From contig NC_043002.1 in assembly GCF_006345805.1 (NCBI RefSeq), positions 80,228,001 to 80,292,000 on the forward strand: a stretch of DNA of 64,000 nt. The letters are read 5' to 3'. Shown piece by piece: positions 37,491 through 51,473 of this stretch. The stretch is from Octopus sinensis (Eukaryota). The translations under genes and the position numbers were made by a program. Each line of letters starts with the position of its first letter. Within the stretch, counting starts at the first letter, position 1. The notes beneath the pieces are model-generated. The model was not told the origin of the DNA, made no database searches, and saw only the letters and a program-made list of their open reading frames with translations.

Positions 37491-37732
37491 CCTTGTGCTG
37501 ACACTAAGTCTAAATACGACGCCCTCCCCCCACCAAAAAGATTGGGGTTGGTCAGTGATGAAAAGCTTTTGAATATGATTACGAGTGGAACAGCGACAGC
37601 ATGAGCAGCACATGAACTTAAATTCTTTTAGTTTACAAATTTATTAATGTTCCTTAGTTACGTAGGCCATCCCTATTTTTCATATCCAGTGGTTATAAAA
37701 TATTCACTTTTGATTTCTGTATCTTCCGCACT

Positions 37733-38058
37733 TGCGGAGGCGCAATGGCCCAGTGGTTAGGGCAGCGGACTCACGGTCGGAGGATCGCGGTTTCGATTCC
37801 CTGACCGGGCGTTGTGTGTGTTTATTGAGCGAAAACACCAAAAAGCTCCACGAGGCTTCGGCAGGGGGTGGTGGCGACCCCTGTGGTACTCTTTCGCCCC
37901 AACTTTCTCTCACTATTTCTTCCTGTTTCTTGAGCAACGCTGCGATTGACTGGCGTCTCGTCCAGCTGGGGGTGGGTGGGGGGAACACATACGCCATAGA
38001 AACCGGGAAACCGTGCCCATGAGCCTGGCTAGGCTTGAAAAGGGCGCATAAAAAAATC
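37733..38058 (+). mobile_element. SINE-C, full length
   Basis: A and B boxes, GGCGTCTCGTCCAGCTGGGG segment, tail GAAAAGGGCGCATAAAAAAA. Confidence 0.9.
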
Positions 38059-38594
38059 TTCCACACTTAGACATTTTAATGTTTGAGAATAGCGTTTGTG
38101 GCTCTTTTATCAGACGTTTGCAGAATGATGTGAGGAAAGGAATGGACGCGGTTTTCCTATGAACAGTGTAAGGGCACCGAAGTGTCAGTTCAGTGTGTTG
38201 AATTGGATTACAGAATAAACAGATCAAACCCTTGCGATGGGTCACCTCACAGTTTTCCCCGACTCGGATAAATTATACTTCGAGAAGGTTTTGCCCTATC
38301 CAGAGTCCTTATAGAATACACATCTGGGTCATGGGGTACTGTAGTGTGATTGAACCTGAAATTAGCTGGTTGAGAAATGAACTGCTTAAACATGACCAAA
38401 ATGTTAAAATTTACTTGATATGTTTAGTGTAAAGAGCAATTTTAAATGAAGTAGAAATGCCTAATCTAATTGTGAGCTAGCAGTAGTTTTTTTCTTTTTC
38501 CTTTTTTTTCCTTAAGAAAACGCAGTGACAAACGGACGAACATGACTATTATAAATGAGCAAGGAGAGGCTGTGTGATAAGTAGCTCTCTTACG

Positions 38595-38920
38595 AACCAC
38601 ATGTGAGTGGATTTGGTAGACGGAAACTGAAAGAAGCCCGTCGTATATATATATATGTATATATATATATAATATATATATATATACATATATATACATG
38701 AGTGTGTGTGTGTGTATGTTTGTGTGTCTGTGTTTCTCGCCGCAATATCGCTTGACGACCGATGCTGGTGTGTTTACGTCCCCGTAAATTAGCAGTTCGG
38801 CAAAAGAGACCGACAGAATAAGTACTAGGCTTACAAAGAATAAGTCCTGGGATCGATTTGCTCGAGTAAAGGCGGTGCTCCAGCATGGCCACAGACAAAT
38901 GATTGAAACAAGTAAAGAGT
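38595..38920 (+). mobile_element. SINE-A, 5' truncated
   Basis: Core and tail present. Confidence 0.85.
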
Positions 38921-39002
38921 CCGATATTACATGTTTTTGACGAGAATGGGGAAAAAAATATATCTCCAAGAATTATTCCTGCGCGGTACTTATAAAATGT
39001 AA

Positions 39003-39215
39003 AGTAGTGAGCTGACAGAAACATTAGCACGCCGGGCAAAAATGCATAGCGGCATTTCGCCTGTTTTAACGTTCAAATTCCCCCGAGGACGGCATGGCCT
39101 TTCATCCTTTCGTAGGTCGATCAAATAAGAACCAGTTGAGCACCGGGGGTCGATGTAATCGACTTACCCCCTTCCCCGGACTTGCTGGCCTTATGCCAAA
39201 ATTTGAAACCAATAT
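39003..39215 (+). mobile_element. SINE-B with the alternative tail (…CCAAAATTTGAAACCAATAT)
   Basis: GAGCTGACAGAAACATTAGCACGCCGGG head. Confidence 0.8.
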
Positions 39216-40323
39216 TTATAAAATGTTTAATACAACATACAACTGGATATTCATTTCTATCCATATGATATTATATAAATATAATATCGTATGCTTACTA
39301 ATGAAATGAGCTGAAATAAAAATAGGATGGGAGAAATTATCTTAGATATTTTTATTTATTTATTCATTTATTTATTTCGTCTGTATGCACATATTTCTCT
39401 TCCGCCTCTCTCTCCCCTCTGATTTTACTTATCTATCGACTTATCCTATCACTATCTATCTGTCAAAATTTCTACTGTGTGTGCGCGTGTGTGTGTCTAC
39501 TACTGTACCTCTAAATCAAATCACACACACACACATCTTTCTATATAGCCATCTGTCAATCTGTATACACAAACATATATATATATATTTAGATACATAC
39601 AAATACATATATACACTCACATGCACATACAAACACACACAGACACATATACCCATTCACATTTATATATATTCTGTGTCTATCCATCTAAAATCACTCT
39701 ACCCCACACATACCCACCCACCCGACCAGCACTGTGAAAGCTTTTCTATCCAGATATATCCCACTGTGGGGTGGAACCGATTGAAACGTTGGATTCGGTG
39801 AGATCAAACGTTTAAGCTGTCTTTAATCTGAAGCTCTCCATCTAATTATGTAGACGAACACACATGTACCACATACACATACTCCGTGCACAGAAGCATA
39901 TATAATACAGCACACTTATAATACAATACACACACACATATATATGTGTTTGTATGTGTGTTTGTGTGTGTATATATATATCAGAAATACCCTCACGCAT
40001 AAATACACTGGCGTATAAATTGAGATGTACTCTGACACACGAACGGTTTTCCGCAATCATAATCACGCAAAGACACATAGACGTATACGTGCATAGAGGT
40101 ATAAACGTATACACACTTAAAAGCAACAACACAGAAATGGAAATAAGTATTGCAAACGTCACCGAATAGCAAAACACTTCGCAATCGTGTACACTGAGCA
40201 ATGGAAAGAGATTTACGGTTATGTACACATTCGCATTCCTATGTACATCCGTATACATTTGTTCATAATTCTAAAGTCGCATAAAGACAGGCATATATAT
40301 ATATATATATACATATATATATA

Positions 40324-40537
40324 CAGGCTGGCCCAAAAGTATGTTTACAGTTATCACGTAGGCACTTTAAATTTCTTTCAAAACATGTTATTACATTTAA
40401 ATTTGTATTTTACAATTAAATAAATTAGCATAGAATAATGGTTTCATATTTTTAATTAGAATTAAGATCTAAACTGTTAATAAATGAATGCGAAAGAGAT
40501 GGTTGAATAACTGTAAACCTACTTTTAGGTCACCCTG
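40324..40537. mobile_element. Tc1/mariner-type MITE, same family as 23907-24121, opposite orientation
   Basis: TA-CAGGCTGGCCCAAAAGTA...TACTTTTAGGTCACCCTG-TA. Confidence 0.85.
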
Positions 40538-40541
40538 TATG

Positions 40542-40581
<40 letters not shown>

Positions 40582-40823
40582 AGAGTTAAGGGCTGGAGTA
40601 GATAATATCCGGGCTACATATGCTTCATATACTTTTTTATTAAAGTTGCAAAACCCTCACAAAAAATCTTCTACTCAGAGTTTCACGGGCAACTGTGATC
40701 AAGAATTAGCAAGTTTTTTTGTGATGTTTTGCAACTTTAATAGAAATTAAAAAAGCAAGTTACTCTGTCTTCGGTATTCGAGTACTATTTTTTCCGCCTT
40801 ATTTTGTGCTTACTCGTGTATAA

Positions 40824-40858
<35 letters not shown>

Positions 40859-40914
40859 CATACATACATACATACATACATACATACATACATACATACA
40901 TACATACATACAAG

Positions 40915-41170
40915 TGGAATTGCGTCGTTTGCGACGACGAGGGTTCCAGTTGATCCAATCAATAGAATAGCCTGCTCGTGATGTTAACGTGCAAGTGGAC
41001 GAGTACTCCACAAACGCGTGTACCTTTAACACAGTTGCCAGGGACATTCAGCGTGACACAGGATGTAACAAGGCTGGCGCTTTGAAATATAAGTACTACT
41101 CAATTTTGCTCACTGAGTGGCATAAAGTGTCTTGCTCAAGGACACACCTTGCTGCCGGGAATCGAATGCC
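40915..41170 (-). mobile_element. SINE-E
   Basis: Homologous to 1020-1317. Confidence 0.7.
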
Positions 41171-42121
41171 CCCAAAAACTAAGCCAATAACCTCATAGAA
41201 TGCCTTCAAAAGCTACTCCACGAGCATCAGGCACCAAATGCTTTCATACAGTAGGACTTCTCATTTCTCCGGATGTACATGTAGAAATCCGTGAATATCG
41301 GCAGAGTTTATACAAAAGAAGAATTTTAATATGTAAAGATGGAATGAACAAGCTTTATTTCAAATCACTAAAACTGTTTCGGCGCATTCGTATCAGCTGA
41401 TAATTGCTAAATTTTACTTAAATTGTATACATTATTACATTAATGATCCAAAATTAACTTTGTACCTGCTCGTCTTCAGATGAGTAGGGTCTAGAGCACT
41501 GCTAAGTCATCTTTAGTTGCTTTTTCTTTAATACTTTTAGACAATTTTTAGCATTCCATTGACAAAGAACAACACGGAAATACACAGCGTTAACATATAA
41601 GAAAAGAAAACATATTTCTTTAAATTCACTAGAACATAAAAATTATACTTAATTCGTATAATTAACTATAATTTAAAGTGGGAGATAATTTGTAAGGCGA
41701 AATCATATAGTATAGGTGGTAATACCTGTTTGTTATGTTCTAGTGAATTTAAAGAAATATTATTTTACTAATCATAATAAATTAGTTAGTTCATTAGACG
41801 AGCGTAAAATTAAATATAGACGCAAATTACTTTACTTATATAAAAATGTTTAGATAAATAGCAACTATATTTAAACCCTATTTTGTTTCTAATTTGTAGT
41901 TATGTTTTGTACTAGTATTAATTCAAAAATTTAGCATGTGATTTTATATTGTATATTACATAATTTAATAATTATAATTTAATATTTATTATTAAATAAA
42001 TAAATAAATTAATTAATTAATTAATTAATTAATTATAGTGTTGTGATTGCACTTCTGCAGGTTGTTTGAGTATAAGTCAATAAGAGTTAGTGAAGGTTCT
42101 TTAAATATTTATAGTTAGATG

Positions 42122-42191
<70 letters not shown>

Positions 42192-42195
42192 CTAA

Positions 42196-42229
<34 letters not shown>

Positions 42230-42292
42230 AAAGATAGATAGGCATATATATATACTTAGATAGATAGATACGTAGGTATATATATATATATA

Positions 42293-42339
<47 letters not shown>

Positions 42340-42541
42340 ATATTAGGGAATAAATCCAAATTTACAGGGAAAAATCAGATTTAGGATTGAATCCAATTTT
42401 ATAGTAATGTCCATAAAAGTGACAAGAAACGATCGTAGTGGATATCTTAATTATATTTAATTTATATAAAATTTTTTATGTATTGGATTAAGTCTTTCTT
42501 TATTTGATTTGCATAATAGTGGTTTTGTCTCTAATTAATAT

Positions 42542-42573
<32 letters not shown>

Positions 42574-42605
42574 ATATATATATGCATATATATATATATA
42601 TATGG

Positions 42606-42651
<46 letters not shown>

Positions 42652-42739
42652 GTAGGTAGGCAGGTAGGTAGGTAGGTGGCTAGGTAGGTAGGTAATGTAG
42701 GTAGATAGATTGGGTCATCAAATAAATCTATTTATTTCT

Positions 42740-43300
42740 TTACAATGTCATTTGAATTGACGCGAAGAATATCTTTTATCGTAACATTATGTTTTTATTT
42801 ATTCGTGTCTTTTATTGTACTTCTATTTTTTACTCTGAAACTTCTTTTTTTTCAGAGATATGACGATTTTGACACCTGCTTCTCTTCGCTTTCAGTGAAC
42901 AATCCAAAGCTGCCGAGACCGCTCGAAACATTTGTGTTTTGTACGAAGGTGCTATAACTGAAACAGCCGCACAGAAGTAGATTTCACGCTTCAATGAGGT
43001 GAAATTCGATCTCACAGACTTTCCGCGTTCCAGTTCAGTTTAATGACGAACGATTAACCGAGCTGCTTCATGAGTATTTGCGCTAATGCACAAGGGAATC
43101 GGCCCCAAATATGAGATGTTCTCCTGATATCGTTGCCCGTTACTTTTACTCCATAGGTATGGTTTAAATGACCTGAGAGGCTACACGGCGTGCTTCTTTA
43201 AGGCGACGATACTTCTCCGGCGTCGCTAATTTGACCAAAATTGCTATTCAAGAGCTTGGTTGAGAAGTTCTAACGAATCAACCTGTATTTTGATGAATGG
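42740..43300 (+). pseudogene. Internally deleted mariner transposase remnant
   Basis: HLLLFAF..SKAAETARNIC..Y...ISRFN...FDLTD N-terminal HTH, then IQELG*EVL. Confidence 0.6.
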
Positions 43301-43384
43301 CCATGGGATTGCACCTAGAAATTTCCCCTCAAAGGCACAAGTCTGGGCAAAGATGTTTATGGAATTCCAGAAGTTGCCCATTTT

Positions 43385-43615
43385 TACTAAAGTCCTCTCT
43401 CCAAGCCACCGATGTTATCCAAGGGAAAGGCAAAGACCTATATAGCTTGGCACCAGTGACGGCCCAACTCATTTCTACAGCTGAGTGAACCGGAACAACG
43501 TGAAATAATGTGTCTTGCTCAAGATCAAAACACAACATACAGCCCTGTCCGAGAATCGAACTCACTTCCTCATGATTGTGAATCAGTTGCTCTAACCACT
43601 GAGCCATGCGCCTTC
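43385..43615 (-). mobile_element. SINE-D
   Basis: AGGCGCATGGCTCAGTGGTTAGAG head; GAGTTCGATTCTC B box. Confidence 0.8.
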
Positions 43616-44489
43616 TGATGTAAAACCTTTAGATTATCACCTCTTCTCGGTCGCTCTCAAATGGTGAGCGAGGCTTTTCCTTCAATGTGTTTTTTATGAA
43701 ACGTATGCATGTAAAATTGACTCACCCACAAACATACATACATAGAATGGTCTATTTACGTTCTGTTGCGCATAAAATATATATATATTCTTTAATCAAT
43801 GACGATTCCTCAAAAACAGAAATCTTAAAACTCAGCTACGGTGATAGCTTCATTCCTGACTTCTTTATATAGCAGCAGATGTTCTATGCTATTAATTGGG
43901 GAAGAAATCAAGCACATCTGATCTGAACAGAAGCCAATTTACGGCAAACCGGTCTCTCAAGAGTCTCTTCACCTTTTTCTGATCATCGAAATCCTCAGGA
44001 GAAATGTTTGTTTGTATACTATAAAAACAATTTTGCCTTAAACTTAGGGATTACTTAATACTCTTGGTAGAGTGCAATTTTATTATTCTTTAGCAAGAAT
44101 ACTGTGGAGAGTAATTCGATGTTTCGGTCAGCTTATTCATCATCAATTCGCTAGCGGTAAAGCAGAGAAAGTATCACTCAACCAATGTACGAATAAGAGA
44201 TTCATATCACGAATAAGAAGTTCAGTACGAATATGAAGTACGAATAAGAATTTCATAAGAAGTACAGGTGAACGGTTGTGTCTTAGGACATTCTCCATTG
44301 CCTTCACTAACGTCCTAACGACAAGTTATATGGGGGGTTGTATTAGATATACTTAATGAACTTATACCTTTGTACTTGTAGTTACATGGCGTGTATGAAC
44401 GTCGATTTTATATGTAATTATGACGTTTGCTTTGTAAAGGTTTTCGATCGTCTATATGGTGTATGAAATATCAAACCATACATAAAATC

Positions 44490-44663
44490 ATGAACAACAT
44501 TGTTACCTTCTCACCACCAACAACAACAAGAATAACACGACTACCACCGCCATCATCAACACCACCGCCACCACTACCACTATTGTCAACAATACCAGCA
44601 CGATCATCAAACACCCCACTACTATGACAACCACCACTACTACAACCACCACCTCTACCACCT

Positions 44664-44694
<31 letters not shown>

Positions 44695-44766
44695 CACCAC
44701 AACCATCATCATCATCACCGTCATTATCATCACCATTCGTCTCATTTTCCTTTTCTTCCAACCAGT

Positions 44767-44797
<31 letters not shown>

Positions 44798-44820
44798 CCG
44801 CACCATCATAATCATCATCG
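44490..44820. repeat. (CAC)/(CAA)/(CAT) low-complexity region
   Basis: Directly visible. Confidence 0.9.
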
Positions 44821-45049
44821 CCAACATATATTCGTCATCAGCATTATCGATATTACCCAGCAACTAAGTGCAACGTATTATGCTTTAGAGTATCGGATCC
44901 TCTCGAGATTACGTTTGTAGTTGCAGAAAATACCCAATACCCACAACCCGCCTACCTGAACTCATAATACAGGTTGCTTGCAATCGATTTCTTACCTTTT
45001 TAATTTCTCACTATCACGCTATTGTATTTTGTACGCTATCAATAAGGAT

Positions 45050-45546
45050 GATTGTAAGTTTGGGGTAATGTGTACGTTAACAGTGCACGACCCCCGAGTA
45101 CTATAAGTAAATTCGCCCAGATAAGTCAATAGCATATTATTGTGCCTCTTAAAGTAATCGGTGCAAGGTTTACTAAAAGACAGTACCGTTAAACTGGTCC
45201 ACTGCAATTTTAAGAGTACGGTTAAGGGTACGTAACTATGAAAAAAAAACTACTAGAGAAGATCTGGTTCCGAAATTGGGTTATGCAATATCTGCACGAT
45301 GGTTGTAATTTTCGGGTAAAGCGTACGTTAACAGTGCACGACCCCCGAGTACGACAAGTAATTTCGCCCAGATAAGTCAATAGTACATTATCGTGCCTCT
45401 TAAAGCACTCGGTGCAAGCTCTACTAAAAGAGAACACCCTTAAACTGGTCCACTGCAACTTTAAGAGTACGGTTAAGGGTACGTTACTATGAAAAAGACT
45501 ACTAGAGAAGACTGGTTCCGAAATTGAGTCATGCAAAATCTGCATG
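45050..45546. repeat. Two-copy tandem repeat, 251-bp period
   Basis: GTACGTTAACAGTGCACGACCCCCGAGTAC at 45072 and 45323. Confidence 0.92.
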
Positions 45547-45992
45547 CATACTGATAAGCTTTAATCCTTTAGCATTCAGATTATTCCATCACATGTAATG
45601 CTTATTCATTCAGATTGTTTTGGATTAATCATACATTATCCCATAGCTTTCAAATTTCAAGTATGTCATTTTTCACATTTAGAATGACATTGTAGGGCAG
45701 GTGTGAGAATATTGATCTGGTCTGTTTGAACACAAAACAGGTAGAATATCTGAGTTTGATATTTGGGTTCGAATACTAAAGGGTTAATGACCAAAATCCA
45801 ATCCTAATTCAGAGGTTAAATGATAATCCTCAATGGGGATGCGCTGGATCAACAAGCCTATAATACTCTGAAAACAATAAAACCTTCTAAAAATCGATGG
45901 GAATTGTTAACTAGTGACAATGGGTTACTAATGAATGAGAAGAATTGGGGCAAATGTTCAGTTGTAGATCCTTTAATATAAAAATATATTTG

Positions 45993-46423
45993 TCGTAGGA
46001 GTGGCTGTGTGGTAAGTAGCTTACTTACGAACCACATGGTCCGGGTTCAATCTCACTGCGTGACACCTTGGGCAAGTGTCTTCTACTATAGCCTCGGGCT
46101 GACCAAAGCCTTGTGAGTGGAATTGGTAGACGGAAACTGAAATAAACCCGTCGTATATATGTATATAAATATATATATATGCATGTGTATATATACGATT
46201 GTGTATCTGTGTTTGTCCCCCTAATATCACTTGACAACCTATGCTGGAATATTTACGTAACTTAGCGGTAACTTAGCGGTTCGGCAAAATAGACCGATAG
46301 AATAAGTACTAGGCTTACAAAGAATAAGTCCTGGGGTCGATTTGACCGACTAAAGACAGTGCTCCAGCATGGCCGCAGTCAAATGACTGAAACAAGTAAA
46401 AGAGTAAAAGAGAGTAAAAGAGT
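45993..46423 (+). mobile_element. SINE-A, full length
   Basis: Head, CORE-like CCTTGGGCAAGTGTCTT, tail (AAAAGAGT)n. Confidence 0.92.
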
Positions 46424-46615
46424 AAGTGAGTGGAACACACAGTAAGTGAAATATTTCTAATAGCAGCACGATATGTAAAAGAGAAAACACAAGTAACTAT
46501 GGATCATGATTTTGTTGCTTAACACCATGTCAACTCTTTTTTAACAGAGATATGATCAAAAAGATTCCAGGTATGACCATCTGGTCAGGCATATGTATAT
46601 ATATATAATATATAT

Positions 46616-46659
<44 letters not shown>

Positions 46660-47199
46660 ACTACATTGTCCAGTTTCTTCCTCTATATTTAAGAAAGTTC
46701 GCTATATTTTGAGGGAGATATTGACTGGTTTTTCTTGAAAATCGAAAGACCACATTAAAGTCTTTCTACTTTATCACTATTGAAAAATAAGTCTCACTTG
46801 GTGTTTCATATCTTCATTCCGGTACTGCATTTAATCCGTTGCCTATATACTTGACAGATAACGGCAGAGTCACTGGCTTCTGGGTATTGTTGCTTGTAAG
46901 AAATCACTATTAAATTGACGGGCGAATTTGTGGAATGCATTGACAATCCACAAAACTCATACCGTGGTACGAAGCGCCTCCTTTCATAGAACATTGTCTT
47001 ATCTAGGTTCATAGCCAAACATTATTCTTATTATCGCCATCATTGTCGTTGTAACATGGACATCATCACCCATATCAATATAATCTTTATGACCATATAA
47101 CAACAGCCTCACTACCCGTTGGTGATATTGTTATAGATAATATCCTCATCGAACTGAGAGTCGTGGTGATAGCATTATCACAAATACTACCACTAGTAT

Positions 47200-47700
47200 T
47201 ACCATAAATATCCTATTGTATCGTCATTATTATCCCGACCGTCAACATCTTCACGACCGCCATCAGTAACATCATACTTACCACCAGTCTCTATCGGCAT
47301 AATCGCATCCAATATTACAACTGTGATAACCCCACCCCACCCCACCACCACCAGTACCACCACCACCACAACCACAACCACCACCACAACCACCACCACC
47401 ACCACCACCACCAACACCACCACCACCAGTACCACCACCACCACCACCACCACCACCACCACTACCACCACCAGCACTGCTTCATCATTATCACAATGAC
47501 AATCAACATCATCACTAACATTATTATGATCCCCGAAACCGTCACCACCCCATCACGATTATCATTACCCACCATCCCCACTATCACCACTGCTGTCACT
47601 ATTAATATATCATCACTATCGCCACCAACACAAAATAACATCAAAACCATCATTGCTATCGCCAACACTGCTATCGCTGTTTTCATCACCACGACGACCA
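47200..47700. repeat. (CAC)/(CAT) low-complexity region
   Basis: Directly visible. Confidence 0.9.
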
Positions 47701-48109
47701 ACATGATTTCTAAAGCGGACACCCAACAAATGTAATCGTAGATATGAAAAACAAAACAAAACAAAACAAAACAAAACAGATTGGATAATCACATCTGGGA
47801 CATTTTTCAATGCTAAGTTTGTCTATCTAAGCTCGCCTGTAATTTTAAAGCAACAACGTCACCAACAAATTTTAAGAGATTAACAATATTTTGACTATGT
47901 GCTGGAAAATTCCATATATTTGATGTAAGCAGCTGGAGTTCTGTTATGAAAGCAACCGTTCTATGTAACAGGACAGCCGTGATCAGATATTTATCAAAAG
48001 CGCTCAGGTGTGACCATCCCGTTCCTTTTCCGATACACAGTGTATATGGGACTGCATTACTTAATGTTATCTTTTGATTTGCAAACATGTTATGTATAGA
48101 AAATCCAGG

Positions 48110-48290
48110 CAAAAAAGTCACAGAGGTTTTGTCCGGATCCCATAAATTAATTGTGACATTTTCCTGTGACCTTATTACTGGCCACCATAAATTAATTGTG
48201 ACTTTTTCCTGTGACTTTTTTTTCCTAGCTAAAATTGTGACTTTATTACCGTGACATTTTTTCCTGTGACTTTATTACCGGTCACCTGTA
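48110..48290. repeat. Cluster of GTGAC(T/A)TTTT motifs, probably a subterminal repeat of a DNA transposon
   Basis: About eight TGTGAC/CGTGAC units plus one inverted AAAAAGTCAC at ~48113. Confidence 0.6.
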
Positions 48291-48807
48291 GTGATTGGAG
48301 AAAGATTGGCTGCTTTTTCTAGTACATGAATCAGATCTGTAAAGTATCCCACCTCCGAGTCTGGCTTTTACTTGTTAATAAAAGGTTTGAGTATACGCTC
48401 AGAAGGCTCTCTCGCTGGTTTTACATTTACAATGATTGTAAAGCTATGAATTGAAATTTACTACTTTGATATCAAACAGACGATATCTATGCATATCGCA
48501 AATTTGTAGATAATGGTCATTAACAGTTAAATATGATTTTAAATAGTATAAGTAACTGTTGTCAAAGAAAGGAAGAGACATACAAAGTTTTCAGAACGTA
48601 TCAAAAGGTATCAGAACACTTAGTATGTGTTTTGTTATTGCTTAGTATTTTAATCTTTACCCGCATTGACAGATAAGTGACAAAGACAAGTAGGTATTTA
48701 AAGCAAAAGTAACAGAAGCTGGGAAATTGCTAGATGGGTGGTTGGCTGGCTGGTTGGATGGCTGGCTGGCTGGCTGGATGGATGGATAGATGGATGGATG
48801 GACTGAT

Positions 48808-48860
<53 letters not shown>

Positions 48861-49174
48861 GATAGATATGTTTCTTTATTAACCACACAGGGCTGAACAC
48901 AGAGGAGGCAAATTACAAAGTAGAGCTTTTCTTTTGGGGGAAGAAAGAAAAAAAAGGGGAGTAGGTTTTCGATTAAAAGAGATCGTAAACAAAAAAAGAA
49001 GGAACAAAAACGCTCAATAGGGATCGTGTATCATGAAATGTCATGATGTAAAGTGTAAAGGGGGAAACAGATAAGGTCTATCCGTGGAAAAAAAAGCCTA
49101 CGGAAAAGACCATGGTAACCTCGGTCAATAATGTCACATGTTAACACATTTGTTTGCAAGTAACTCTCTGTTTT

Positions 49175-49176
49175 AA

Positions 49177-49220
<44 letters not shown>

Positions 49221-49243
49221 ATAAGACAAACAGACAGACAGAC

Positions 49244-49306
<63 letters not shown>

Positions 49307-49307
49307 C

Positions 49308-49398
<91 letters not shown>

Positions 49399-49520
49399 CA
49401 GGCAGACAAACTGGTAGACAGACAGTAAAATAGATAAGTGGATTGACTGATTGATTGATAGATAGATTGATTGATTGATTGAGTGAGTGAGTGAGTGAGT
49501 GAGTGAGTGAGTGAGTGAGC
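49175..49520. repeat. (GATA)n/(GATT)n/(GAGT)n array
   Basis: Directly visible. Confidence 0.95.
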
Positions 49521-49638
49521 GATTGTACGACTGATGGTTACACTTTGGATAAATAAATAGCTGAAGTGAAAGGTAGATCGAGCAATCGAGCGATCGATAG
49601 ATAGGTAGACAGATAGATAGACACACACACACACATAT

Positions 49639-49671
<33 letters not shown>

Positions 49672-49763
49672 TTGTGTGTATGGAGAAAGAAAGAAAGCAA
49701 GATCAATATACGGATAACTAGATAGGTAATAATATGGCTACAGAGATGGATGTGAAGATAGAC

Positions 49764-49845
<82 letters not shown>

Positions 49846-50646
49846 ACATATTGTAGTCATGCGTTTCGAGAAATACAAACGCTTTTAGTATCACTTTAAT
49901 TCACTACTTCAACAACAAAGCTTGTTGGATTGCTCATAGATACGTATCAAGACTTGATACCACATATCTTTCTATAAATGACTAATCATAATACACAAGC
50001 GGCTGACTACTAAACTATAGAACGCTAAATTAAATGACAGATAACGTTATATAACTGATATGGTACAGAATATTAATTATATCACCGTGCCATGTTAGTT
50101 AACTTGAGTTTGGATGTCAACTTTAAGCATTACTGATTACTAAAGCATGATCCATGAATACTGTTTTTCTCCGATATATGAGTTATCTCATTTGGACAGA
50201 CCTAACTGAAATTCTGTTGAGTTTTAGTAAGATTACAGCATGCTATCCTACTGTCCTGTTAGTCTTTACGATATACTGAGAACATCTGTTAGTGGAATGT
50301 AATGAAATTAGAAGATACTTTAATTCAGTTCCTACATATTGTAGGAATATTTTAGACTAATACCCTAATACCCGCCTGTGTACAGAGACAATTAAATCTG
50401 AGCAGAATTTCCCGCTCTGCACCCTAATTGATTGTTCAAATGACGTAGGTAGCATTAAAAACCTGACTGAATATACATGTGTGTGTATACATATAAGTGT
50501 GTCTGTGTGTGTATACATATATGTGTGTCTGTGTGTGTATACATATATGTATGTCTGTGTATATATATATATAATATACACATTGACAATGTTTCTACAT
50601 ATGTATACTTCCAAACATCTGCAAGCTCATACGATCATATGTCTGA

Positions 50647-50690
<44 letters not shown>

Positions 50691-50754
50691 TGACAATGTT
50701 TCTACATATGTATACTTCCAAACATCTGCAAGCTCATACGATCATATGTCTGAG

Positions 50755-50789
<35 letters not shown>

Positions 50790-50835
50790 CACACATGCAT
50801 ACATACGCGTATCTATCTATCTATCTATCTATCTA

Positions 50836-50895
<60 letters not shown>

Positions 50896-51004
50896 CATCT
50901 GGCTGGCTGTCTCTCAATTCTCTCTCTCTCTTTCTCTCAATATATATAGTAGCATACAAAAAGATATAAAAATAGGTGCTATTTGGCACCATTATAAACT
51001 CTTC

Positions 51005-51392
51005 ACTCTTTACACTTTTACTTGTTTCAGTCATTTGACTGTGGCCATGCTGGAGCACCGCCTTTAGTCGAGCAAATCGGCTGCAGGACTACTTCTTTGT
51101 AAGCCTAGTACTTACTGTAAGTACTTGCCGAACCGCTAGGTTACGGGGACGTAACATACCAGCATCGGTTGTCAAGCGATATTGGGGGAACAAACACAGA
51201 TACACAAACATATATACACACATATTTACACATATATACGACGGGCTTCTTTCGTTTCCGTCTACCAAATCCATTAACAATCGGCTCGAGGCTATAGTAG
51301 AAGACACTTGTCCAAGGTGCCACGCAGTGGGAATGAACCCGGAAGCATGTGGTTGGTAAGCAAGTACTTACCACACAGCTACTCCTACGCCT
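51005..51392 (-). mobile_element. SINE-A, full length
   Basis: Head TAGGCGTAGGAGTAGCTGTGTGGTAAG to tail GAAACAAGTAAAAGTG. Confidence 0.9.
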
Positions 51393-51395
51393 ATA

Positions 51396-51439
<44 letters not shown>

Positions 51440-51473
51440 GATAAGAAAGTTGTTTGGTAAAGCACGTGGGTCA

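Noticed and set aside
45993-46070. SINE heads as tRNA genes
   Set aside because: They have A and B boxes but run into SINE bodies, and I could not fold a full cloverleaf with an acceptor stem.
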